Source: Octopus bimaculoides (taxonomy: Eukaryota). From it: a stretch of DNA of 64,000 bases. The position numbers and the translations under genes are program-made. The notes under the pieces are model-generated. The model did no database searches, was not told where the DNA came from, and saw only the letters and a program-made list of their open reading frames with translations. The first letter of the stretch is position 1, and each line of letters begins with the position of its first letter. The DNA is taken from the NCBI RefSeq assembly GCF_001194135.2, contig NC_068986.1, positions 31,439,187-31,503,186 of the forward strand, read 5' to 3'. Shown in pieces: positions 14,709 through 27,885 of the stretch.

Positions 14709-16105
14709 CCTACACTGATATAAATTGGTACACACACATGCATGTATGCAACAGTTTTCCCTATCATTTCTTTCTACCAAAATTTCAAAGGATTAAGTTT
14801 ATACACCCATTATATAGCTTACTTAATGTATGCTAAATAGATGTAAGTGTGGAGACATGTGGTTTAGTGGCTAGGGTATTCATCTCCTGATTGTAAGATC
14901 ATAAGTTCAGATCCTAGTGGCATGTTGTGTCCTTGAGCAAGACACTTTATTTTTCATTGCTCCACTCCACTCAGCTGACAAAAATGAGTTGTACCTATAA
15001 TTCAAAGGGCAAGTCTTAGTGCACTCTGTGTCCTGATGACTTTCCCTGAGAACTATGTTAAAGATATGCATGAATGTGGAGTGCTCAGCTACTTGCATGT
15101 TAATTTCATGAGCAGGCTGTTTGGTTGATTGTATCAACTGGAACGTTTATCATTATAACCAATGGAGAACCAAAGCCATAGATATGTGTTGAAAAGATTG
15201 AAATGCAACTGGTGTACTTGCTGACCTCTGTTGGAACATCTTAATCTCCCTCTCTCTCTCTCTCTCTCTTTCTCTCTCCCTTTCTGATATTTACTGTGAT
15301 TTTAACACAGTTCCATAAGAGATGTTATTGTAGAACAAATACTGTACTAACTGCCTACCCTACCTACAGTGTGTATACATTATGCTACATAGATGGATAT
15401 TTTCATTAAACACAGCCTATACCAGATTTTAAATTCTAATATAAAAATAAAAAGCCGTTTTTTTCTCTGTTTTTCTAAATTGTGTAGTATTTAATTTGAA
15501 ACAGCCTACTTCTGAATAGATTTTATCGACTTTATCCATAAGTTAGAAAATTTGTCCTTATATTTGTCTCAAATAAATCAATAATTTGTAACAAATCAAC
15601 TCTCAAATTTTATATTAAACAGTATGGTATATTTGATTAGTATTGATAAAAATCTCATTAGCAATTTGCAGTACAGAGTTCTTATAGATATAAGAAAGTT
15701 ATTTGTTCATTGATTTTTGCCCTGATCCTATTTTGTATTTCCATACTTTTCAGGGTTCTGGACTAACACTTATCTCTGATATTAACCTGGAAACCCGACC
15801 ATGCACTTGGCTACAAGCCCCAGTTGATCTTCCAAGTGAAGAAGCAACCGATGTGTTGTGTAAGTGATTTGTTTTGTATTTATTTTAGTTTAAGATTCAT
15901 AATGGAAACTTCTCTAAGTAAGAATAACTGTTTCTATTTCATAATCTTTTAGTGTTGTTTTATTTCAGGGGAGCAGTTTTATAATGTTCCTGAAACAACG
16001 ACAGCTGATACAAGTGTTGCAGAAGACGCTTTCATGCCAGAAGAAAGATTTGGAATATTAGATTACTTTTCAGAAACATGGTTATGGAAAGATTTAGAAA
16101 CCAGG

Positions 16106-16140
<35 letters not shown>

Positions 16141-16420
16141 GTTATTATTATTATTATTATTGTTATTGTTATTGTTATTGTTATTGTTGTTGTTATTGTT
16201 GTTATTGTTATTATTGTTATTATTATTATTGTTATTGTTATTGTTGTTGTTATTGTTGTTATTGTTATTATTGTTATTATTATTATTGTTATTATTATTA
16301 TTGTTATTATTATTATTGTTATTATTATTATTGTTATTGTTATTATTGTTATTGTTATTATTGTTATTGTTATTATTGTTATTGTTATTATTGTTATTGT
16401 TATTATTGTTATTGTTATTA

Positions 16421-16451
<31 letters not shown>

Positions 16452-18587
16452 CAAAGCAATGAGCTAGCTGAATGGTTAGCACACCAGACAAAATGCTTAG
16501 TGGCATTTCGTCCATCTTTACATTCTAAGTTCAAATTCTGCCAAGGCTGACTTTGCTTTTCATCCTTTCAGTGTCACTAAAATAATAGATAGGAGCACTC
16601 CGTCGGTTACGACGACGAGGGTCCCAGCTGATACGATCAACGGAACAGCCTGCTCGTGAAATGAACGTGCAAGTGACTGAGCAATCCACAGACACATGTA
16701 CCCTTAACGTAGTTCTCGGGGATATTCAGCGTGACACATAGTGTGACAAGGCTAGCCCTTTGAAATACAGGTACTACTCATTTTTGCCAACTGAGTGAAC
16801 TGGAGCAATGTGAAATAAAGTGTCTTGCTTAAGGACATTACGTGTGTTTGGCATCTGGAATGTTCTGCACACTGTACTCCACCAGCTAGATTACATTTTA
16901 TCAGTGGAAAGTCGGTTCTCAAATTCTGTTGAGGGTCATTGGAGGATATCAGTGATGATGACTGAGAGCAATTTGGGTATCATTGAGGTAGTCTGAGAAA
17001 CATCTTCTGAAGGACTTTCAGGTCAGATACTATATATTCAAATATAGTAGGATCCTACATATATGAAACTCTTTTGCTGAACTGCTGAGTTACATGGATG
17101 TAAACATATCAACATCGGTTGTCAAGCAATCGTGGGGGGACAAACATAGACACAAAGACACACTGATATAAATATACACACACACATATACACATACACA
17201 CATACACATGACAGGCTTCTTTCAGTTTCTGTCTACTCAATCTACAAAATCTACTCACAAGGCTTTGGTTGGCCCAAGGCTATAGTAGAAGACACTTACC
17301 CAAGGTGCTATATACACAGTGGGACTGAACCTGGAACCATTTAGTTGGCAAGCAAGCTTCTTACCGCACACACACACATATATATATTTATTTATATAAA
17401 GGCATTACTATACATAAATGCCTCATGCTAAGAGGGGCTCTAAAGTCAAACTACCATAATAAACACATGCTAACTACTTGATGAATTCTTATAAAGATTT
17501 TATCCTATTCTTGAATTATATATGTATATTGGCAATCAAGTTTTGGTACTTTTCAACATAACACTGCCAATAAAGGACACTTTGCAATGCTATTCTTAGA
17601 AATACATTTATAAAAACGTGTGTATGTGTGTGTGTTTGCTATATTATTTCAGTATGGTTATGCTCCGTGTTCCTGTTTTGTAATATCAACAACAAAATAT
17701 AACCTAAGCTATAAAACATGCTTCAGGTTTGGTCAGCATTATGCAAATCCCATAGAAACTACAAGCAGACTTGCATGTGTCACGAAATGCTGCAACTCCT
17801 TCTCTCCCTCCTTTTCTCCCCCCCTCTCTCTCTCTGTTTCTTTTCTCTTTCTTGTTTTAGTATAAAGAACTTTAGCATAATAACAGTCTGTATTTCTTTT
17901 GCTAGCTTTCAAGAAAAGAAAAATAAAAGTCTAAAAGAGATGCTGGTGACACTGTTATGAAACAATGCATTACATACTTTTCAAATCATATAAGTTTTGT
18001 TTAAGAAGTTTAAATTCCTCTGTGATTTGTAATTGAAATTACATAAAAATGAATGGTAAAGAATTCTTTGCAAGCAAAATATAATCAGTGTTAAGGTTAT
18101 CAAAATATATATTAAACTATCTTTATATGTCAATAAATACATACATAAAAATATAAAATGAGTTATTTTTGAATAAAATGAATTTATAGAAATACTCAAG
18201 GCTGTGCGGGTAAGAAGCTTCCTTTTCAACCATGTGGTTTTGGGTTCAGTCCCACCGTATGGCACCCTGGGCAAAAATTTTCTATTATAGCCCCCTGATC
18301 AACCATTGTCTAATAAATAAATTTGGTAGATGGATGCTGTACGTGTGTATATATGTGTATATATATACATATACCCTTTACTCTCTTTTACTCTTTTACT
18401 TGTTTCAGTCATTTGACTGCAGCCATGCTGGAGCACCGCCTTTAGTTGAGCAAATCGACCCCAGGACTTATTCTTTGTAAGCCTAGTACTTATTCTATCG
18501 GTCTCTTTTGCCAAACCAGTAAGTTACGGGGACGTAAACACACCACCAACGGTTGTCAAGCGATGTTGGGGGACAAAGACAGACACA

Positions 18588-18682
<95 letters not shown>

Positions 18683-20053
18683 GCATATATACGACGGGCT
18701 TCATTCAGTTTCCGTCTACCAAATCCACTCACAAGGCTTTGGTCGGCCCAAGGCTATAGTAGAAGACACTTGCCCAAGGTGCCGCGCAGTGGGAATGACC
18801 CTGCAACCATGTGGTTGGTAAGCAAGCTACTTACCACACAGCCACATACACATAATTTATAAAAAGTAAAAGGAGGTAGTCAAAATTTTGAATAATTAGT
18901 TATTCAGCGCTTTCATCTCGTTTCAGAGATTCATAAGCTGAATCACTGAAATGTGATGAAAGCAGTAAATAAATAATTATGTAAAATTCTGACTACCTCC
19001 TTTTTCTTAATATATAAAATCTGCACACTACTTCAAACAATCTACCCACACACACACACACACACCACTTGACAGCCAGTTCGACAAAAAGTAAATACTG
19101 GGTTTGGTTCGTTCAACCAAACCCTTCAAGATTGTGCCCCAGCATGGCTGCAGTCTTATGACTGAAACCAATAAAAAGTAAAGGACAGTGAGTGTTGTAA
19201 GTATGTCAAATTGTTTTTAACTGTTCTTTAGAATTTTCTTTACATTATTCTAGAAAACATGAAAAATTACTGCTGAAAACCAAAGTACCAAGTCCAGCAA
19301 CAGAATGGATTGGGAATGTGTTCTGTTCCAGTGAAACTGATGGCCTTGGCTTGTTAGCTTTGCCTACCATTTCCGTCTTTCAACCATTTTCCATTTCTTA
19401 TATAATGCCATACACTGGTATTGTTGGGGAAAGGATTCCTATAAGCATAACTATACAATCGAATATCAAGAAATGCCTTACTGTAAGTATCCTTTTTGTT
19501 ATATTTTCTTTCTTTTTATTTTTTTTTTTCTTCTGAAAAATACATTTTGTAGATTTGAAACATTTTTCCTACATTGTCAAGGTTTTGTTATTTCATTTAT
19601 TTTATTTATTTTTAGACTGTTAAGGATTTTGTCATCCCTCTTAAACATCTTAGCATTCATCTTTTTATTAGATATTCAACAAATTCCAGCTCTCCTTGAA
19701 GAGACAATAAAAATAGTTTTTCTTTGTTTTTTTTTTTCTCTTTTACTTTATTGACTAAATAATCCTATCATTGTTCTACTTCATATTCTTTACTCGATAA
19801 GCTGAACAATCTCAGCCCCATGGTTTGCAGTTGTCATTGTTATGGATTTTAGATACTCTTTTACTTGTTTCAGTCATTTGACTGTGGCCATGCTGGAGCA
19901 CTGCCTTTAGTCGAGCAAATCAACCCCAGGACTTGTTCTTTGTAAGCCTAGTACTTATTCTATCGGTCTCTTTTGCCGAACCGCTAAGTTACAGGGGCGC
20001 AAAAAACACCACCATCGGCTGTTAAGCGATGTTAGGGGGGGGGGACAAACACA

Positions 20054-20092
<39 letters not shown>

Positions 20093-23000
20093 CACTAAAT
20101 GAGAATGAAGACCAATGAATTACTCCAAACATTTGGTCAGTTCAGCTACAATTATCTTATAAGTCTGCTCAAGTAGTGTTAATTAGAAATACTCAAAAAT
20201 AATAACCAGCAAACTAAATTTAATTTAAATTTTGTGCTGTAGTTGTATTCTACAGCAAAGCAAAGTCATCCAGGGGCCTTGGTTACTCACTCCAAAATGA
20301 AAATGATCAACCCCAGAATGAAAGGGGATCTGACCTCACAGCAGAACAAAAGGGGATCTGACCTCACAGCAGAACAAAAGGGGATCTGACCTCACAGCAG
20401 AACAAATTCTCATGTGCTTGCATCATGATAAAACACCATGAGCTGTTTAAAATTCTCTTTGGCTTAGGGGTAAAGGTTATGACAGGCATGACACATCACC
20501 TGGTTTATCAAGACCCTCTTGGTCCCTTGCTTTCATTTAGCACCAAAGGATCAAGAGCATCTTGATAAACTGGATCTTTGAGTATTTGCTTGGCTACATT
20601 TTCTTTCAGACATTGACAATTTAAATGTTTAGATTGGACATCAGCCTCATCGATCTCACTCGTCTGGAAAAACCTGCAAAGGCCATGAACACTGCTTTAT
20701 GCACAAACTAAACAAGAAAAAAATTAAGATTGATGACAGCAATACTTCAGACCTGTCCTAAACTTGAATTACTTATGTTTCTCACTTTAGCTATCCATAA
20801 AAAAAACTTTCTCAAAGATCAACAATGTTCCTTTGCTAAATGTTTATGTTCCATTCTGTTTATTCCTTTGATAGATAGGGTTACAAGTGAAGGTGTCAAG
20901 TAACTCGGAAAAGACACCAAAAGAAATCAAAGGGCCGGTGTCTTGTCTCTGTAAAGAAGAATATATTACGACCAACATTTACTTAAATGACCTCCCCATT
21001 GGTGTAATTAATGTTACAGTACAGGTAAGCTTGAGTTTTAATTAATTTTTTAGCGGTGGAGAGGTTTGGTAGATAATTAAAAAAAAATTGGGGTTTTTGC
21101 TTTTTGGAGACTTTTCCAATAGATACAAATGATTGTATGGTATGCATACGAGGAGGTGCAGAAAAGTTCCTAACTTTAAGTGTATTGTGAAAGGCCTGGT
21201 TGAAGGCCAAACCTTCCAAAGTTCTTTTACAGGGCTTAGAAAAACTGAAGGACTACTGCAATAAATGTGTGAATCTGAGAGGGGAATATGTTGAATAAAA
21301 TCTTCCTATATTTTCTGTTACCCAAAGCAAGGAACTTAAAGATTTAATTTGTAATCATATCCTAGCCCACAACTTAGATTAACTCCATTACCTGATCCTT
21401 TGGTGTCTTTAGCAGAATGCACTTTACTGTGAACATTCAAACTTGATCCACAGTTGTTTCTCCATGTCCATGTTTTCCTGCAGGTAATCAGACTAGGAAT
21501 TAGCTGTGTCAAATTCACTACTCTGGGAGGATCTACAAAAGATAATAGGCATTGCCCCTACCTGCTGACTAACTTAGGAAACATTGTTTTTATCTGAGGT
21601 TCCTTATTCAAAAGATATGAATAATGTGATATATTTTTGTCTAAACACTTTGTTTACAGGGTAAATCTATTTTGCCTAATAATAGAAGATGTAGTAAAAA
21701 GACTGTTGATTCTCGTTATATTGGAATGATTGATTCCAGCTCTGCTTTCATCAATATGAGGGTAAGTAGTATCAATTTCTTATAATTTGTTGATTTTTTT
21801 TTTTTTCACCACTCACTTCAAAACCAAAAATCAATTTTTTTTTTTCTATTTTTGTAATTTAAATAGAGGATTACTTACTTATTTTTACTATATATCTGGT
21901 AGCAATTTTGATTGAAGAGAGATTTAAAAAAATTCACCTGAGACAAATGAGATTTATGTACAAAATTGATACATTAAAATTATTTAATATACTTTAATGC
22001 GATTAAAATTAAAGAAAAAAAGGAGAAAAAATGCATTCAGATTTCTTGTTTTCCATAAATTTACATGAAATTTTTTAATCTTATTTTATTTTTCATTTCT
22101 TCAGCCAAAAGGTTTCGTACAAGAAATTACTCACTCCGAATACGTCTGCCCTTCAGGTATGCTTATTCATATAACTCATAAAATATCTACTCTTGGTGGA
22201 GTAACTGATAAATTTGATCCCCAATACTTGACTGGACCTTATTTGATTCTGTAATTCCCAAAAGAATTGGAGAATCAAATAAGGTCTAGACAGGTAATCA
22301 TGGGGGCCTATCTTGGCTCTCTGTGGTCTAGATTCAGTGCTGGATTAACCATTAAACAAAATAAGCATTTGCTTAGAGCATCAAAGAAAAGGGGGCACCC
22401 CAGAAATAGTAAATGGTTTATGGCACAAAGGAAATCACTTCAAACTTGTTAAAATAATATTCAAAGTGGTTTATATGATCAGAAATATAATTTCAAAGTG
22501 TTTATGGTGTCATAGTGAGGATCTAATCCAAGACATTGCATTTAAAAAAGTAGAAAATTTTTCAAATATAAATGAAGTGGAAGTAGGCAAAAAAAAAATA
22601 TTATTTTCCCTCTTACTGTTAGTTTTATTTCATTTTGAAAAATGAAAATTTATTTTATGGTTTATTATTGTTTATATTTTCAATTACATATATACGCGAG
22701 CACCAACATCTTTTAAGTGATTAAAGCCTCAATGGGTCTTAATCCAGCCCAGTTTAGACCAACAAGCTGAACCTACTTCTTATAGACCCTGGCTAGAAGG
22801 ATAAAGAGAGGGTATCAAAAATTAGGCCAAAGAGTGAATTATATTCAGCTAACACACATGCTGTATTTCATTAAGTTGTATGTATTAATTCATTGAAAAA
22901 TCATTAACTGAAACAGATTTTTTGTTTGTTTGAATGTTTGTTCATTTAGCATTCATTGTTCTATGCTAGAATGAATTGGACAGGGATGCATTTGTGGCCA

Positions 23001-23162
23001 GATGCTCTTCCTGTTGCCAACATTACTTGTTTTTCAAGCAAAGGATTTATTTATCCCACAGCTCTTTGAAAGTTCAAAGTAACTAGTTGTAATCATCAAT
23101 GAGGAATGTAAACACCATTCACTGTTTTATTGAAGCAAAACCTCGGGATGTTAACTTTCATT

Positions 23163-23248
<86 letters not shown>

Positions 23249-24386
23249 AGTAGGTTTCAGTAGTCATCAGGATAGAATGCTACTGTTTCGGGACCCTCTT
23301 GATAATTCTACAGTTCACTAGCTCCCTTCACTGGTGTGAGACCCCTACCTACTGGATCGACTGACTAGTATTCAATCTTAATTCCTTCAACCCAGGATCA
23401 TCAACACCATTCCAAATGATCCATCCAACAGTTATGCTTGTTCTAGATATATGTATCATCATCATCATCATCAACATCATCGTCTTTTAACGTCCGCTTT
23501 CCATGCTAGCATGGGTTGGACGATTTGATGTATAAATCTGTAATCTGAACAAGGAGCACATATTTTTCTAAGCATATTTATATTTTTTTTAAAAAAAAAG
23601 GTTGTAAAAGATTTATTTTAATTTGTTAAATTAAAATTTTTTTTATTCTTTTTCCCCCCAATTTCAGAGGATCATGGTGGAAATTATGTTAATGTCCTTT
23701 CAACTGAACTACCAAAAGATACAGTCCCTGGAAGTGTGAAAGCAGAAATCAACATGTTTGGTAATAAATTTGGGTATCTTTATACTTTTTTTTCCTTTTT
23801 CAGTTTGTAATTTTCAGAAATGCTATCCAAATATTAATTTGTTTCAACTACACTTATTTAAAATATTGGTAATTATTAACACTTCACTTTCAGCATTAAA
23901 TTATCTTATTGCCATTCTTTGTTTAAAACTTCACAAATTATTTGGTTCAAACTTCACAAAATTAAACAACTTAACCAACAACTTTAACGACATTTTGACG
24001 TGATTTTGTTATATGATTTAATGGCACCTCATATTTTCTGTGCAATTCTAGGTAATATGTTATGGCCTGGGTTATCATCTCTAGAAAATATAGTGAATGA
24101 TCCTATCACAAATGGAGAGGGAAACATCCTGAGCTTGGCTGCTACCATTTACGTCATGGATTTCTTGAATGCTGTTGGAAAAGTTTCTTATGAAATTGAA
24201 ATGAAAGCAATTGAAATAATGGAAAAATGTATGACCATAATTTAATTTCATTCTTTACATTGTAGTTATGATGACAGTTTGATTGTGTTGATGTTTTAAA
24301 TACACATTTTTAAGCTTTAAAAAATGCCTTAGACAACTGGTAGGAGTCTGATAGGGTAAAACATTCGAACACAAGATTCCCATCTG

Positions 24387-24419
<33 letters not shown>

Positions 24420-27400
24420 NNNNNNNNNNNNNNNNNNNNNNNNNNNNNNNNNNNNNNNNNNNNNNNNNNNNNNNNNNNNNNNNNNNNNNNNNNNNNNNNN
24501 NNNNNNNNNNNNNNNNNNNNNNNNNNNNNNNNNNNNNNNNNNNNNNNNNNNNNNNNNNNNNNNNNNNNNNNNNNNNNNNNNNNNNNNNNNNNNNNNNNNN
24601 NNNNNNNNNNNNNNNNNNNNNNNNNNNNNNNNNNNNNNNNNNNNNNNNNNNNNNNNNNNNNNNNNNNNNNNNNNNNNNNNNNNNNNNNNNNNNNNNNNNN
24701 NNNNNNNNNNNNNNNNNNNGTTATGGGACAAACTAAGAAATAGCATATTTGTTATTGTGACCATTCAAGATCTAAATTGTAAGTTTAAGCAATAATCATT
24801 ACAGGTGTTTGAAAAATAACTTAAGCTTGGTATTTCGCTGATTTTCTTTTGAGAACTATTAGGTCTTAGGAGACACATGACATGTGATCTTCTTCTAGCA
24901 CATTAACAGTCCACCTAGTGGTTGTCGTTATATATAAATATACATTAATCCCTTGAGATCTCAGATATCTTTTCTGAATCTCTCTGATTCTTTCAATGTG
25001 CTGGCTTCCTGGTAATAAATCGATATTAATTAATATCTGATTTTTTACCCTTTGTTTTAATTTAATAAAATTGTAAGCTTCAATAGAATATTTTTTCTAT
25101 ATTTGTTGATAATGATTATTATCTATTCCTAAAGTTTTAAACTAATTATTGAATCATTCATTTATTTATACATTTATTTTCTTCAACAGGTTATCAACAA
25201 CAAATGAATTACATTCATAAAAACGGTTCTTTTAGTATATTTGGTTCACAAGACAAGGAAGGTAGTGAACTATTAACTGCATTTGTCCTCAGAATTCTAG
25301 TGAAAGCTCGTTCATACATTTATATCGATGAGGTGCAACTTCAGAAATCCATATCCTGGCTGAGAGATCAACAGCTCGAAAATGGTTGCTTTTATGATAA
25401 ACTGAATTATTCGTTGACATTTGGACTTTATGAAGATAGGAAGAATATGGAAAGAATTAGTACTGCATTTGTGATTATGGCATTGCTAGAATTTGGCACA
25501 CCACAGCATGTATGTTTTATTTATTTCTCTCCTCATTAATTTATACACAAGATTTCACTCTGTATTTCTTTTATGAAGATCATGTAATCATTTATTTATC
25601 TATTTTTTATATTGGCATTGCTGGTATTGCTTAGCCCAGGGATAGTTTTCATTGAATAGATCTATGTTCGGATACAGAGTGTACTGGGTGTTTGTTTTTT
25701 TTTTTTATATAATGTGACCCCATCATCAGTGCATTTTTACATGGCATCAACACCATGGACACCTTATCTTGTAAAACTCCAGAATTTTTTTTGATGGAAC
25801 CCAATTTGAGAAACATTGTACTTGACCGTTAAACTTGAGTATTTCTTCCATTCACAATTATCCATAATTAGAGCTTTCTAGTGGGCAATACAGTTTCAGA
25901 GACCAGTGGTGATGACTGACTGCAAAAGCATCTAGAATGGCGCCCCAATGACTTGCTGCATTAGTTAAGGAATCTAGATAATGATGAAACTTGTTTAGCA
26001 CCATGATGAAGAAAGACGAATTATATGGATCCAAATGCTCGTCTGTCTTATTAATGAAGTGAGGAGTGAGGACAAATATGTCATATTTTTTATAAGATCT
26101 ACCTAGTGTTTCTGTTTGAGAAGCACTATCCTGGGGGGGTAGATATGGAAATATTTATGGAAAATTCAGTAGTAATATTTAACTCTTTATTAAATTTTAG
26201 GACCTGATCATTGATAAAGGGCTTAACTGTCTCCGATCCCATGATTATGAAGACATATACATGTTATCACTCTATGCCTATGTCTTTACTCTGTATGGCC
26301 ATGCTGAAAGTGATAAGGAGAAATATCAGAATGTCCTGGAGAGGAGATCAAAGGTTTTAGGTAATATTTCCTTTTTTAAAATATTCATTTTATTTATTCA
26401 TGTATTTATTAATATTTCCAAAGATTTTTATCAGCATCATATGAAATGAACTTAGTTACTGTTCAGGTCATTTTCCTGAGTCACCATCTCATCCTTATAT
26501 GCCAGTCCATTGCAAGGTAACCTATTCACGGCTAAGTGAACTGGAGCAACATGAAATCCAGTGTTTTCCTCAAGAACACAATGCACAGCCAGTTTCAGAA
26601 ACCATAATCTCATGATTGTGAGTGCAACACTCTAACCACCAGGCCCACATTTTCTTATGCATATGCACATGTTCTTTATGAATTCTGTTCTCATTCTCTT
26701 ATTAATAAAATGAAACTGATGTCTAATAAACTATTCAATATTCATAATAGTTATTCTGCTGGGATCGAGTTTGCCTTTCATCCTTTCAGGGGTTGATAAA
26801 ATAAGCACCAGTTGCATATTGGGGTTCATGTAATTGATTTACCCCTTCCCCCAAATTTCTGGTCTTGTGCCAAAATTTGAAACCAATATTTATAAAAGCT
26901 CATTTATTTAAAACATTTCCCCAAACAATTTCATTTGCATCATGACATCTAAGTTATTAAACAAAGACTTCATATTTATTTAATCTGATGCAGGTATTAT
27001 TTACACAAATATGACACATCTATTATTACCTCAGCAGAAAACTTGGTTACAAGTCCTATTTACAAAAGTTATTTTGCATTAGACATAGGAATGTGATAAA
27101 GCAGTTTGCTTTGCCACTACATATGGATCCAGATTTGATCTCACTGTGTACCTTTGGAAAATGTCTTCTATCATAGCTTTATCATGTAGAATTCATCCCA
27201 TGAAAGCTGTTTATGCAAAATCCCATCATATATGTAGTTTCATCATTGGTTTTATATCTACTTTTCCATGCTGGCATAGGTTGGATGGATATTTTCGAGG
27301 TAGTTTTTTTTATAACTGGATACTCTCTTTGACACCTATAATTTTAGTTATCTTTGACCCTTTAGCATTTAAACCTGTCATATATAGTCCAAATATTTTA

Positions 27401-27794
27401 CCTGTTTCATGTTCATGCTGGCCAGATCTGGCTTCTTGTACCAACCCTACAGTGTCATTTTAAAAATAAACTATCACATCATTGAAATCTCAAAGCGACA
27501 AAATATTACATGATTAATTCAAAACAATGTGAATAAATAAGCGTTAAATTTGATAGAGTAATCTGAATGCTAAAAGGTTAATGACATGCTGAGATATCAT
27601 CCTCATCCTCATCATCATTTAACGTCCGCTTTCCATGCTAGCATGGGTTGGACAATTTGACTGGGGACTGTTGAAGCGGATGGCAGAGTTTCTACAGCTG
27701 GATGCCCTTCCTAACGCCAACCACCCCGAGAGTGTAGTGGGTGCTTTTTACGTGCCACCAGCATGAGGGCTGTATTCTAAAACTCAGGATACAC

Positions 27795-27885
<91 letters not shown>

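Noticed and set aside
16032-16515. Poly-Leu, poly-Asn, poly-Ile and poly-Val ORFs
   Set aside because: They are frames of the (ATT/GTT)n tract; only the MPEERF..LETR part is real exon.
9090-19253. Mutually exclusive alternative bait exons, as in arthropod TEPs/A2Ms
   Set aside because: The intron inside the bait region is only 109 nt, and no paralogous exon was seen in the flanking introns.
20321-20404. CRISPR-like 28-bp repeats
   Set aside because: They are contiguous tandem copies with no spacers, in a eukaryotic intron.
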